A stretch of 64,000 nt of DNA from Arenicellales bacterium. Lineage in GTDB: Bacteria; Pseudomonadota; Gammaproteobacteria; Arenicellales; Poriferihabitantaceae. A program made the position numbers and the translations under genes. Where the stretch lies: the NCBI GenBank assembly GCA_963693025.1, contig OY843749.1:2381615-2445614 (forward strand). The letters run 5' to 3'. This document shows, piece by piece, positions 28,358 through 38,564 of this stretch (the first letter of the stretch is position 1; the number at the start of each line of letters is the position of its first letter). Under the pieces are notes generated by a model. It saw only the letters and a program-made list of their open reading frames with translations. It was not told the origin of the DNA and made no database searches.

Positions 28358-29839
28358 ATGAATAACATCCTCCTCCCCGCATTACCATTGGTCACGCTGA
28401 TGGCCGCTCTCCTCCTTAAAAGGGGCGCGATAGTGAGTTCCGTCATCGGCAGCCTAGCAGTGTTGGCGGTCATTTTCTACGATGACCGCTACACCCTCAA
28501 CCTTGACGCGCTCGTTTCGACCGACTTGCCTATCGTCTTCATCCTGACGTTGTCGGCGGCGTTGGTGATTGTGCCGGGGCAAGTCTTGAATGTGTTGTTG
28601 CAAGCATCGGGAGTGCTCAAAGAAATCGGTGCGCGCATTGAGAGCATTGCACTGTCGCGCGTCAAGATGGCGTCCATTTTGATACTCGGCGTTGCGCCGG
28701 TGCTCGAATCGTTGACCGGCTTTGGCGTGTCGTTGTTTTTCACGGTGCCCGTGTTGATGCAATTATTCAGCGTCCGAAAAGCGCTCTTGTTGTCGTTGCT
28801 CAGCATGAACATCATGCCGTGGGGAACGCTCGCGCTCTCCACTTTAATCGGCGCGCAAATATCGGGAACGGCGTTTCAAGCGTTGGCATCCGTCACCAGC
28901 CTGACCAGTTTCGCGGTGTTTCCGGTCATCGGTTTTTTGGTCTTCATCATCTGCCGTGAGCGAGGCGAAAAATCATACACCGGTTTGTTTTATCCGGTGC
29001 TGGCGGGGTTGGTGTTGTCGTGCTGCCTCGTCTTCTACAACACCCACACCACCGCCGAACTAGCCGGCGTCTATGCCGGGCTGACCACCGCCGTGCTCGG
29101 ATTGCTCGCCGAAATGTTGCGCGTCGGCAAGGGCTTGTTGTCGCGCTTCATCCACGCCAAGCCATCGTTGCTCGTCTTGTTCGCGCCCTATCTGGTTCTC
29201 ATCGGCTTGATTGGGTTGTCCAGAATCACGGTCGTTTATGACGCGCTGCAAAATCTTTTCAGCATCCAAAACGGCAGCGTCGTCTTGTTCGTGTTCACCA
29301 GTCCGGGCGTGTTCATTTTTCTCACCGTCCTCCTCGTCTGCGCGTTTTCCAAAAGATACCGAAAGCATTCACACATTTTTTATAACGGTGTCAAACGCGC
29401 GCTCTATCCGGTCGGCGGCATTATGTTGTTCGTCGTGTTCGCCCAACTCCACCGCACGAGCGGCATCTTCCAGGACATCGCCTCGCGCATCGTGGCGTTG
29501 AACTTGTCGGAGATTACTTTCATCGCGCCGTTGCTCGGCATGCTGAGCGGTTATACGACGGGGTCAAACGTCGGCGGCAACGCGCTCTTTATGTCGCTGC
29601 AAAGCGAGACCGGAAACTATTTTGATGCGGAACTCGTGTTTGCCGCGTTGCAAAACAGCAGTTCGGGGCACGCGGTGTTTATGTCGCTGCCGATCATTCT
29701 GCTGACGCTGTCGATTGCCGCGGCGGACAACCGCGACGATGTTTACTCGCAACAAACTTGGTTAATCAGACGCGCACTACTGTGCGCCCCGCTGATTTAC
29801 CTCGCGCTCGTTGTTCCGTTTTACTTGCTGGTCAACTAA
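28358..29839 (+). CDS. L-lactate permease (LctP)-family transporter
   Basis: 493 aa, at least 12 hydrophobic segments. GYTTGSNVGGNALFMSLQ resembles the LctP-family TGS(D/N)TSSN.LF..LQ motif. G+C visibly lower than the neighbours. Confidence 0.6.
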   Translation: MNNILLPALPLVTLMAALLLKRGAIVSSVIGSLAVLAVIFYDDRYTLNLDALVSTDLPIVFILTLSAALVIVPGQVLNVLLQASGVLKEIGARIESIALSRVKMASILILGVAPVLESLTGFGVSLFFTVPVLMQLFSVRKALLLSLLSMNIMPWGTLALSTLIGAQISGTAFQALASVTSLTSFAVFPVIGFLVFIICRERGEKSYTGLFYPVLAGLVLSCCLVFYNTHTTAELAGVYAGLTTAVLGLLAEMLRVGKGLLSRFIHAKPSLLVLFAPYLVLIGLIGLSRITVVYDALQNLFSIQNGSVVLFVFTSPGVFIFLTVLLVCAFSKRYRKHSHIFYNGVKRALYPVGGIMLFVVFAQLHRTSGIFQDIASRIVALNLSEITFIAPLLGMLSGYTTGSNVGGNALFMSLQSETGNYFDAELVFAALQNSSSGHAVFMSLPIILLTLSIAAADNRDDVYSQQTWLIRRALLCAPLIYLALVVPFYLLVN

Positions 29840-29855
29840 CTGACCCGCACCGGAT

Positions 29856-31049
29856 TCAATCTGACGACAACACCTGCAACTCCTCACCGGCGCGCCGGCT
29901 CAACCACTCGGCGCCGTGCTCGCGGATGACGATGTTTTCCTCGTGCACCATCTGCTTGCCCGGCGCAAAGGTCATGCCCGGCTCCAGCGTGAGCACCATG
30001 CCCGGCGCGAGTTCGGTGTGGTCGTCGCTGGTGTTGGACGGGCGCTCGGTCAACTGCATGCCGAGCCCGTGTCCCAGCCGACCGACGTCGTTGCCGAGGC
30101 TGCCGCCGGCGGCCAGCACATCGTTCATCGCCCGCCACAAATCGGTGGTGGTCGCGCCGGGGCGGGCGGCTTCAAACCCGGCCTCGGTCGCGCGCCACAC
30201 GACTTCGTGCGCGCGCCGCGCCGCGTCGCTCGCGCGCCCAAAGGCAAAGTTGCGGTCGAAGTCGCAGAAGTAGCCGTCCCAGGTGGAGCCGGTGTCGATA
30301 ATCAGCAAGTCGCCGTCCGCGAGGCGCCGCTCGCTCGGACCCATGATGATGTTGTCGTAGCCGCCGGCTCCCGACGCGGCAATCAAATAGGGGATGGAGT
30401 CGGCGCCGCGCCGCGTCAGGTCAACGCGCATTTCGCGGCAGATTTCCGCCTCGCTCATCCCCGCGGCGGCAAAGCCGGGCAGCGCCGCGAAGGACGCCGA
30501 AGCGAGTTGGCAAATGTGCCGAATTTTGTCGATTTCGCGGGGGGATTTGAGCATTCGTTGGCGCTGGATGACGGGCGCCACATCGACGAAGTCGTAGCCG
30601 GGCAACGCCTGTTTGAGCCGCGCCAAATCGTTCGCCGGCATGCGCACAACGCTCTCGGCGCCGAGGGTGAGCCCAATGTTGCCGAAGCGCCGCGGCAGGC
30701 GCTTGAAGCAATCGACCAGCAGCCCGATGCCGTCATCGTCGGGCCTCGGCGAGGGCCAGGTGCGAATGTCTTCCACCCAGGTTTTCGCCATTCCGCTGGC
30801 GCCGATTTCGGGAATGACCGCCACCGGCTTGCCGCGCGCCGGCACGACCAGAAACCACGGGCGAGTCGGGCTTTCCCAAAACTGGGTGAAGAAGCCGGAA
30901 AAATAGCGGATGTTGGGCTCGGTGGTCAGCAGCACGGCGTCGGCTTGCTGTTGGCGCATCGCGCGTTGCAGAGTTTCGGTGCGCCGCGCGAACTCGTCTT
31001 CGGGGAAACCGCGTGGCGGTGGCGACGACGGTGGCGGTGGCGTTTTCAT
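29856..31049 (-). CDS. M24-family metallopeptidase (Xaa-Pro aminopeptidase/creatinase-like)
   Basis: Creatinase/prolidase N-domain (AVLLTTEPNIRYFSGF) and pita-bread C-domain (DLLIIDTGSTWDGYFCDFDR, GHGLGM..TE.P, VLTLEPG, HEEN). Start set at MKTPPPP (ATG 31049), overlapping the rluB stop as ATGA. Confidence 0.8.
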   Translation of the reverse strand: MKTPPPPSSPPPRGFPEDEFARRTETLQRAMRQQQADAVLLTTEPNIRYFSGFFTQFWESPTRPWFLVVPARGKPVAVIPEIGASGMAKTWVEDIRTWPSPRPDDDGIGLLVDCFKRLPRRFGNIGLTLGAESVVRMPANDLARLKQALPGYDFVDVAPVIQRQRMLKSPREIDKIRHICQLASASFAALPGFAAAGMSEAEICREMRVDLTRRGADSIPYLIAASGAGGYDNIIMGPSERRLADGDLLIIDTGSTWDGYFCDFDRNFAFGRASDAARRAHEVVWRATEAGFEAARPGATTTDLWRAMNDVLAAGGSLGNDVGRLGHGLGMQLTERPSNTSDDHTELAPGMVLTLEPGMTFAPGKQMVHEENIVIREHGAEWLSRRAGEELQVLSSD

Positions 31050-31902
31050 GTTTTCCGTGCGCGGGCGCGGCGACCGCGGCTTGGCACGGCGCCCTCGTCC
31101 GCATCCGCATCCGCATCCCGCCCCGCCTGCAACAACGCCGCAATGGCAGACGGTTTCAACTCCCGCCACTGCCCCGGCTTCAAGTTTTTCGGCAACGCCA
31201 CATTGCCATAGCGCACCCGAATCAGGCGGCTGAGCCGTCCGCCGACCGCTTCCCACATCCGCCGCACCTCCCGATATTTGCCCTCGTTGACCACGACAGA
31301 ATACCAGACATTCCGCCCCGCGTTGCCGGCTTGACCACCGGGGTTGCGCTTGCGCCGCACTTGTTGAAAGCGCAATGTCTCGCGCCCCAGCCGCACGCCT
31401 TGCTGCAAGCGCGCGATGGAATCGGCATCGACCCGCCCGTAAACCCGGCAGAGATATTCGCGCTCAAGCCCGAAGCGCGGGTGCATCAGGCGGTTGGCGA
31501 GGTCGCCGTCGGTGGTGAAAAGGAGCAGCCCGCTGGTGTTGATGTCGAGGCGACCGACCGCGACCCAGCGCTCGCCCTTGAGTTTGGGCAGGCGCTGAAA
31601 CACCGTCGGGCGGTTGGCGGGGTCTTTGCGCGCGCTGATTTCGCCTTCGGGTTTGTGGTAGGCGATGACGCGCCGTTGGGTGCGCGCGGGTTGCGCGCGC
31701 GTGCGGCGCAGGGGGCGGCCATCCACGGTGATGCGGCTGTTGTCGTCGACCTTGTCGCCGAGTTGCGCGACGCGGCCATCCACCCTGATTTTCCCCTGCT
31801 CAATCCACCGCTCGACGGTGCGGCGCGATTCCACCCCCAGATGCGCGAGGCGCTTGTGCAACCGCTCGCCCGTGCGCGCGGGCGGGCGGGACGGTTTCGG
31901 CA

Positions 31903-31903
<1 letters not shown>
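31046..31903 (-). CDS. rluB: 23S rRNA pseudouridine synthase RluB
   Basis: S4 domain (ERLHKRLAHLGVESRRTVERWIEQGKIRVDG) and RsuA/RluB catalytic motif VAVGRLDINTSGLLLFTTDGDLANRLMHP. Basic Arg/Asp-Ala-rich C-terminal tail. Confidence 0.9.
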
Positions 31904-32696
<793 letters not shown>

Positions 32697-32697
<1 letters not shown>

Positions 32698-33533
32698 CAG
32701 GCGGGTTCGTCTTCGATGCTCTTGAGATGAATCGGCGCAAACGGCTCGTTTTGCACCACCACCAGCGTGCGGTCGCGCACCAGTTCCAAAATCGCCATGA
32801 AATTCACCACCAGTCCGGGTCGCCCCTCCTCGCCGGACAGCAACTCCTCGAAGCGCAGGAAGCGGTTGCGTTTGATGCGCTCGAGAATGCGCGTCATTTT
32901 TTCGCGCACGGTGAGCGCCTCGCGGCCAATCGTCCAGTGTTTGTATTGCTCGGAGCGCTCCAACACATTCCTGAACGCGACCACCAAATCGGCGAGCGAT
33001 GCATGCGGCGCGACCTTCAACGGCTCGGGCAAATCAAACTGCGCGCTCACCAAATAGAGTTCGCGCTCCAGCCGCGGGCGCGCGTCAATGTCCCGCGCCG
33101 CCTGACTAAATCGCTCGTATTCCTGCAACCGCCGCACCAACGCCGCGCGCGGGTCTTCCTCCTCCTCTTCGCCCTCCACCGCGGGGCGCGGCAACAACAT
33201 GCGCGATTTGATTTCCGCGAGCATCGCCGCCATCACCAAATACTCCGCCGCCAAGTCCAGATGAAGGTGGCGCATCAGTTCCACATACGCCATATACTGC
33301 CGCGTGATATGCGCGACCGGAATGTCCAGTATGTCGAGGTTCTGTTTGCGAATCAGGTAGAGCAACAAATCCAACGGACCCTGAAAGGTCTCCAGAAAAA
33401 CCTCCAGCGCATCCGGCGGGATATATAAATCCTGCGGCCACTTGTCCAACCGGCGGCCATTGACCAGCGCGGTCGCCGGTGCGGATGCGTCGTTTGCCGA
33501 CTGCTCGGTTTGTTGCTGCGTCGTCTCGCTCAT
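32697..33533 (-). CDS. scpA: Segregation and condensation protein A
   Basis: FQGPLDLLLYLIRKQNLDILDIPVAHITRQYMAYV is the ScpA N-terminal signature. Start set at MSETTQQ (33533) to avoid overlap with trpS. Confidence 0.9.
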
Positions 33534-33558
33534 CTGTATAAACCTTTGCGCGTAACCG

Positions 33559-34896
33559 TTATGGACTGTCGGCATAAACCGCGCCGACCGCCGCGCGCAC
33601 GATGTCCATCGTCTCGCGGGCGGCGCGGCGCGCGTTGTCATTGCCCGCTTCAATCATCCCGCGCACCTCATCGGGCTGGCTTTCATAGCGGCGCGCGCGC
33701 TCGTGGAATGCGCGTTGTTCTTCAAGCACCGCGTCGATGAGCGGTCGCTTGCATTCGAGGCAGCCGAAGGACGCGGCGCGGCAGCCGGCGGACGCCCAGT
33801 CGCGCACTTCCTCGTCGCTGTATACTTGGTGCAGTTGCCACACCGGGCATTTGTCCGGGTCGCCGGGGTCGGTCAGCCGGACTCTGGCGGGGTCGGTGGG
33901 CATCGACGCAATCGCTCGCTCCACGCGCTTGGGGTCATCCCGCAACGCGATGATGTTGTCGTAGGATTTTGACATCTTTTGCCCATCCAGTCCCGGCATT
34001 TTCGCCGCCTCCGTGAGCAAGACTTGCGGCTCCGGCAAAATCGACCGCCCGCGCCCTTCGAGATAACCCAGCAGTTGGTCTTTCTCCTCGCGCGCGATGT
34101 TTTGCTGAGCCATCACCAATTCCCGCGCCTGGCGGTGGGCGTCGCGGTCGCCCTGCTCGGTGAACTGCCGACGCAAGGTTTGATACGACTTGGCGTCGCG
34201 CTTGCCCATGCGCCGAATGGCTTCCGTCGCCTCCCGCTCAAAGCCTTCGCCGCGACCAAAGAAGTGGTTAAATCGGCGCGCGATTTCCCGCGTCAACTCA
34301 ACATGCGGCGCCTGGTCTTCGCCCACCGGCACAAACGCGGCGCGATACATCAGAATGTCCGCCGACTGCAACAACGGATAACCGAGAAACCCGTAAGTCG
34401 CCAAATCAACCGCGTGCAATTTTTGCTGCTGCTCCTTGAAACTCGGCACGCGCTCCAGCCAGCCCAGCGGGGTAATCATCGACAGCAACAAATGCAGTTC
34501 GGCGTGTTCGGGAACATGCGATTGAATGAACAAGGTCGCCTTCTCCGGATCCACCCCCGCCGCCAACCAGTCGATAACCATCTCCCACACATGCGCGCGC
34601 ATGGTGTCGGGACGCTCGTAATGCGTCGTCAACGCATGCCAATCGGCGACGAAATAAAAGCAGTCATACTCCCCCTGCAACCGCACCCAGTTTTTCAACA
34701 CCCCATGATAATGCCCCAAATGCAACCGCCCGGTCGGACGCATACCGGAGAGGACGCGGTTGTTTTCGGTCGGGCGGTTGTCGGCGGAGTCGTCGGCGGG
34801 GGTGGTCAATGGTTGCCTTGCGGTGGGCGGGTGGGCGGGGTCGGTTGGGGTGGGGCGCAAACGCGGCATCATAGCGGAAATGCGCCGCTCAAACAA
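33559..34896 (-). CDS. trpS: Tryptophan--tRNA ligase (with N-terminal Pro/Thr-rich extension)
   Basis: Class I HIGH motif (TGRLHLGHYHG), KMSKS motif (GQKMSKS), and a C-terminal Cys cluster (C..W....C....FGCLECK). Start uncertain (34896, 34872 or 34869). Confidence 0.9.
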   Translation of the reverse strand: MFERRISAMMPRLRPTPTDPAHPPTARQPLTTPADDSADNRPTENNRVLSGMRPTGRLHLGHYHGVLKNWVRLQGEYDCFYFVADWHALTTHYERPDTMRAHVWEMVIDWLAAGVDPEKATLFIQSHVPEHAELHLLLSMITPLGWLERVPSFKEQQQKLHAVDLATYGFLGYPLLQSADILMYRAAFVPVGEDQAPHVELTREIARRFNHFFGRGEGFEREATEAIRRMGKRDAKSYQTLRRQFTEQGDRDAHRQARELVMAQQNIAREEKDQLLGYLEGRGRSILPEPQVLLTEAAKMPGLDGQKMSKSYDNIIALRDDPKRVERAIASMPTDPARVRLTDPGDPDKCPVWQLHQVYSDEEVRDWASAGCRAASFGCLECKRPLIDAVLEEQRAFHERARRYESQPDEVRGMIEAGNDNARRAARETMDIVRAAVGAVYADSP

Positions 34897-35509
34897 ACGC
34901 GCTCACGTCGCCCTTGCCCGCGCGCGGGACTGCGGGGATGCCGGTTAGCAGGTCGACCACGGTGGTCGGTTGCCAGTCGCAGGGTCCGCCGTCTATGACC
35001 AAGTCCACCGCGTTTTCCAGCCGCTCGCGGATGATTGCCGGGTCGTTGAGTGGCAACTCTTCGGCGGGCATGATGAGGGTTGAACTCATCAATGGCTCAT
35101 TCAACTGGCTCAGCAGGGCGGTGACGATGGGGTAGTCGGGGACGCGCAGGCCGATGCTGCGGCGTTTGGGGTTTTGCAAGCGGCGCGGGACTTCGCGGGT
35201 GGCGGGGAGGATGAAGGTGTAGGGTCCCGGCGTGAAGCGTTTCAACAGGCGGTAGGTGTCGTTGCTCACGCGGGCGTAGTTGCTCAACTCCGACAGGTCG
35301 CCGCAGACCAGCGTGAAATTGTGCTCGGGACCGACTTGGCGAATGTGGCGAATCCGCTCCATCGCCACCTTGTTGCCGATGGAGCAGCCGAGGGCGTAAC
35401 TGGAATCGGTCGGGTAGGCGATGACCGCGCCGGCGCGAATGATGTCCACCGCGCCGCGGATGAGGCGCGGCTGGGGGTTGTCCGGGTGGATTTTGAAATA
35501 CTGCGACAT
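34889..35509 (-). CDS. yciO: YciO / L-threonylcarbamoyladenylate synthase (YrdC/Sua5) family protein
   Basis: MSQYFKIHPDNPQPRLI..AV.IIR.G.VIAYPTDSSYALGC......AMERI..IRQ....HNFTLVC.DLSELS is near-colinear with E. coli YciO as I recall it. Start set at ATG 35509. Confidence 0.85.
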   Translation of the reverse strand: MSQYFKIHPDNPQPRLIRGAVDIIRAGAVIAYPTDSSYALGCSIGNKVAMERIRHIRQVGPEHNFTLVCGDLSELSNYARVSNDTYRLLKRFTPGPYTFILPATREVPRRLQNPKRRSIGLRVPDYPIVTALLSQLNEPLMSSTLIMPAEELPLNDPAIIRERLENAVDLVIDGGPCDWQPTTVVDLLTGIPAVPRAGKGDVSAFV

Positions 35510-35600
35510 CTGCGGGGTGCGAGGGGGTGAGTTGCCGGGGTGTCGGGGCGCCGTGGCGCCGGGGCGATAGACTGGGCGATTCGGCGGCGGGGTGGCGCCG

Positions 35601-37046
35601 TCAGGTACCGGCTTCGGGAGACAGGTCGTTGCGGTGGTTGCCGCCGCCGCCGTCACCTCTGCGGGACGCGCTTCTGCGTCGGCGGCGCCGGGGCGCTCGT
35701 TTGTTCGTGGCGGGGCGGTGTGAGCCATCCGCCCCCGCCATCGTGTGTGAGCGCTCGCTCGGTTGATATTCATCCGGCGCCGGGATGCCTTCCTGTTCCT
35801 GAATATCGGTCCACCACCGCGTCAATTCTTCATCTACTTCGCCGATGCGCTGCCGCAGCAACAGGAAATCATACGCCGCGCGAAACCGCTTGGCGGCGAG
35901 CAGGCGCGGCACCGCTTTGGGGCGGCGCTGCTCCAGTTGAAACTGCATGTCCCACATTTCCACCACCGCCCCGCTGACCCGGCGCGGCACCGCCACCCGG
36001 CGCGACTGCCGCGCAAACACCGCATCGCCCGCCGCCCAGAGCGCCTCCGGCGGCGGCACGGATTTTCGCTGCTTCGCCTGCCGCCGTTGCAGTTCCAACT
36101 TGAACGGCATCCACAGCAAGACCGCGAACAAAAACGCCGCGATGACCGGCTTGCCCTCGCGCACGCGCTGGTCGGTGTTTTCCAGCGCGAGCAGCGCGAG
36201 GTCGGCGGCGGCTTTGCCGTCGGGCTGCTCGATAGCTTCAATGGTCAGCGGAAACAACTTCTCCGCCAGGCGGTGGCGGCGCAACTCATCCCAACTCGCG
36301 CGCGCGTGGCCATGGTGAAACATTTTCAGCGCCTCGTCGAAGAGCCGCGCCGCCGGCACGTCCTCGAGCAAATCCAGGCAGTCCGCAATCGCCGGCTGCA
36401 ATCCGCTCGCCGGCGTGAGCCCCAGTTTCGCGCGGAATCGCAAAGCGCGCAGCATCCGAACCGGGTCCTCGGTGAAGCGCTCCCTGGGGTCGCCAATCAT
36501 GCGCAGGATGTTCTTGCGGGCGTCTTTCACGCCGCCGAGGAAGTCCACGACGCGCTCCCGGCTGGGGTCGTAGTAGAGCGCGTTGATGGTGAAATCCCGC
36601 CGCGCGGCGTCCTGCTCGATGCTGCCGAACACGTTGTCATCCACCACCCGCCCGCGCTCGGAAAGCGGCCTCGCGCGCCCCGCGCCCGACTTGCGCGCGC
36701 TCGCCCCGCCCGGCTTGGCGCGATAGGTCGCCACCTCGATGACTTCGCGCCCAAAGCGAACATGCACCAGTTTGAAGCGCCGCCCGATAATCCGCGAACG
36801 CCGAAACAGTTGCTTGACCTGCTCCGGGCTGGCGTTGGTGGTGATGTCAAAATCCTTCGGCTGCCGCTGAAGCAACAAGTCACGCACGCACCCGCCCACC
36901 AAATACCCGTCAAACCCGGCCGCCTGCAAACCGCCAACCACCTGCAAAGCGGCCTCACTAATCCAACCACGATCAAACGCGAGATCGCCGGCGTGGTAAT
37001 CAACCTGAGTCAAAACAAACGGATTCCTTGTCCGGAAAAATGGCAA
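35601..37046 (-). CDS. pcnB: Poly(A) polymerase I
   Basis: YLVGGCVRDLLL...PKDFDITTNA.PEQV..LF...RIIGRRFKLVHV (nucleotidyltransferase head) and an Arg-rich C-terminal tail. The annotated start is a TTG, so the true start is uncertain. Confidence 0.9.
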   Translation of the reverse strand: MPFFRTRNPFVLTQVDYHAGDLAFDRGWISEAALQVVGGLQAAGFDGYLVGGCVRDLLLQRQPKDFDITTNASPEQVKQLFRRSRIIGRRFKLVHVRFGREVIEVATYRAKPGGASARKSGAGRARPLSERGRVVDDNVFGSIEQDAARRDFTINALYYDPSRERVVDFLGGVKDARKNILRMIGDPRERFTEDPVRMLRALRFRAKLGLTPASGLQPAIADCLDLLEDVPAARLFDEALKMFHHGHARASWDELRRHRLAEKLFPLTIEAIEQPDGKAAADLALLALENTDQRVREGKPVIAAFLFAVLLWMPFKLELQRRQAKQRKSVPPPEALWAAGDAVFARQSRRVAVPRRVSGAVVEMWDMQFQLEQRRPKAVPRLLAAKRFRAAYDFLLLRQRIGEVDEELTRWWTDIQEQEGIPAPDEYQPSERSHTMAGADGSHRPATNKRAPRRRRRRSASRRGDGGGGNHRNDLSPEAGT

Positions 37047-37101
37047 ACCGGTCGTGCGGTAAAAGGGGGGTTATGATAGCATTCGCCGGGTGAGATTGCG
37101 C
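37034..37101. repeat. Direct repeat copy 1 (about 68 bp) flanking hicB
   Basis: ggaaaaatggcaaaccggtcgtgcggtaaaaggggggttatgatagcattcgccgggtgagattgcgc. About 80% identical by eye to 37342-37410. Confidence 0.8.
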
Positions 37102-37115
37102 TTTTTGATCGGCGG

Positions 37116-37340
37116 ATGACAATGAAAGATTACCATGTGAATATTTTTTACAGCGAAGAAGATGAAGGTTGTATCGCCGATATTCCGGATCTAAAAAACT
37201 GTTCTTCGTTCGGCGAGACGCCAACGCAAGCGTTGGAAGAGGCGCTTATCGCCAAAGACGCGTGGTTGCGTGCGGCAAAGCGCAATAAAAAACCCATTCC
37301 CCTTCCTTCGTATAAGCCTGCGATATATCAACTGGGGTGA
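37116..37340 (+). CDS. hicB: HicB-family antitoxin-like protein (orphan; no hicA seen)
   Basis: YHVNIFYSEEDEGCIADIPDLKNCSSFGETPTQALEEALIAKDAWLRAAK..KKPIP.P matches the HicB N-terminal (RNase H-like fold) consensus. AT-richer than the flanks. No toxin-sized ORF is adjacent. Confidence 0.7.
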   Translation: MTMKDYHVNIFYSEEDEGCIADIPDLKNCSSFGETPTQALEEALIAKDAWLRAAKRNKKPIPLPSYKPAIYQLG

Positions 37341-37341
37341 T

Positions 37342-37410
37342 GGAAAAATAGCGAACCGGCGATGCGGTAAAAGGGGCGCTTATGATACCATCCGCCAAGC
37401 CCGATTGCTC
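37342..37410. repeat. Direct repeat copy 2 (about 68 bp), running into the 5' end of tRNA-Glu
   Basis: ggaaaaatagcgaaccggcgatgcggtaaaaggggcgcttatgataccatccgccaagcccgattgctc. Contains a TATGAT -10-like hexamer about 20 nt upstream of the tRNA. Confidence 0.8.
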
Positions 37411-37481
37411 CCTTCGTCTAGCGGTTAGGACGCTGGCCTCTCACGCCGGAAACAGGGGTTCGATTCCCCTAGGGAGCGCCA
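37407..37481 (+). tRNA. tRNA-Glu (anticodon CUC)
   Basis: Hand-folded cloverleaf. Acceptor GCTCCCT/AGGGAGC, D-arm GTCT/GGAC, anticodon stem CTGGC/GCCGG with loop CT-CTC-AC, T-arm AGGGG-TTCGATT-CCCCT, discriminator G plus encoded CCA. 75 nt, strongly resembling bacterial tRNA-Glu. Confidence 0.9.
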
Positions 37482-37485
37482 ACCC

Positions 37486-37775
37486 CGTCATTCTCGAGCG
37501 TTAGTGTCCGTTGCCGCCGCGCTTTTTCTTTTAAGCGGCGGCTTACGGACACTTACGACCTCGGGAATCTCCCTAAGGTTAGCGCTGAGCCCAAACAACG
37601 CCATTCCCACAGTCTTTTTGAGCAGGAATGACGGCTTTGTTGGAATTCACGGTAGCCTTAGGGAGATTCCCGAAGGCGATGAAAAATATGGTCGCCTGTC
37701 GGCTCCCTATTTTTCTATCGTTCGAGAATGACGAGTTGTAGGGGGCTCCCTATTTTCTATCGTTCGAGAATAACG
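37486..37775. repeat. GTCATTCTCGA-family repeat, locus 6 (starts 5 nt after the tRNA-Glu 3' end)
   Basis: CGTCATTCTCGAGCGTTAGTGTCCGTTGCCGCCGCGC... through two terminal head units (..CTATCGTTCGAGAATGACGAG, ..CTATCGTTCGAGAATAACGAG). Carries the GCGCTGAGCCCAAACAACGCCATTCCC module also seen in locus 1. Confidence 0.9.
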
Positions 37776-37796
37776 AGCAAGCAACCAACCAACCCC

Positions 37797-38552
37797 TCAC
37801 AACCCCTCCACAATCTCCCTCGCCTGCCACAAATCTTCCCACGCCGCGGCTTTTTGTCCTGGGCTTCTCAGCAGGTATGCAGGGTGGTAGGTGGCTATTA
37901 GGGGGATTTTTTGGTTGCCGTAGTGGTGGGTTTGGTTGCGGAGTTTTCCTAGGGGGGTGGTGGTTTTTAGTAGGGATTGGGCGCTGACTCTGCCTAGTGC
38001 AACTATGACTTTGGGTTTGATTAGCGCCAGTTGTTGGTGCAGGTAGGGCTCGCATTGTTCGATTTCCCCCGGCAGCGGGTCGCGGTTGTCGGGCGGGCGG
38101 CATTTGAGTACGTTGGCGATGAACACTTGCTCGCGTTTCATTCCGAGCGCGGCGATCATCATGTCTAGCAGTTTGCCGGCGCGACCGACGAAGGGCTGCC
38201 CTTGCAGGTCTTCGTTGTGCCCCGGCGCTTCGCCGATGAACAGCCAGTTCGCTTCGGGGTCGCCGCAACCAAACACGGTGTTAGTGCGCGTTTGGTGCAA
38301 CTCGCATTTGCGGCATACCGATACCGCTTGTTCTACGCGAGCAAGGGATTGCGGGGACTCGTCGGGCTGAGCGGGCTGAGCGGCATCGCCGACCGGCGCT
38401 TCCGGCGGCGTCGACTCACCGCCCTCAACCTGCACCGCTTGCTCCGCCCCCGCCACCTCAACACCCCCCCCACGCAACGTCCAAACATCAACCCCCATCT
38501 TGCGCAACAGACCGCGTTGTCGTTCGCGCCGGTTCATCGTCGCCACAACCAC
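37797..38552 (-). CDS. Family 4 uracil-DNA glycosylase
   Basis: C.KCELHQTRTNTVFG.GDP.A...FIGEAPG..ED..G.PFVGRAG.LLD and ..KCRPP.NR.P, ...HPAYLLR are the UDG family-4 (Fe-S type) signature motifs. Confidence 0.85.
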   Translation of the reverse strand: MVVATMNRRERQRGLLRKMGVDVWTLRGGGVEVAGAEQAVQVEGGESTPPEAPVGDAAQPAQPDESPQSLARVEQAVSVCRKCELHQTRTNTVFGCGDPEANWLFIGEAPGHNEDLQGQPFVGRAGKLLDMMIAALGMKREQVFIANVLKCRPPDNRDPLPGEIEQCEPYLHQQLALIKPKVIVALGRVSAQSLLKTTTPLGKLRNQTHHYGNQKIPLIATYHPAYLLRSPGQKAAAWEDLWQAREIVEGL

Positions 38553-38564
38553 GCGCGCGGCTCG

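Noticed and set aside
28358-29839. The LctP-family permease as a separate horizontally acquired island, given its somewhat lower G+C and a repeat locus on its left.
   Set aside because: The compositional shift is modest by eye and there is no mobility gene or right-hand repeat. The gene fits a plausible local catabolic context (dpaL, M24 peptidase). The evidence is insufficient.
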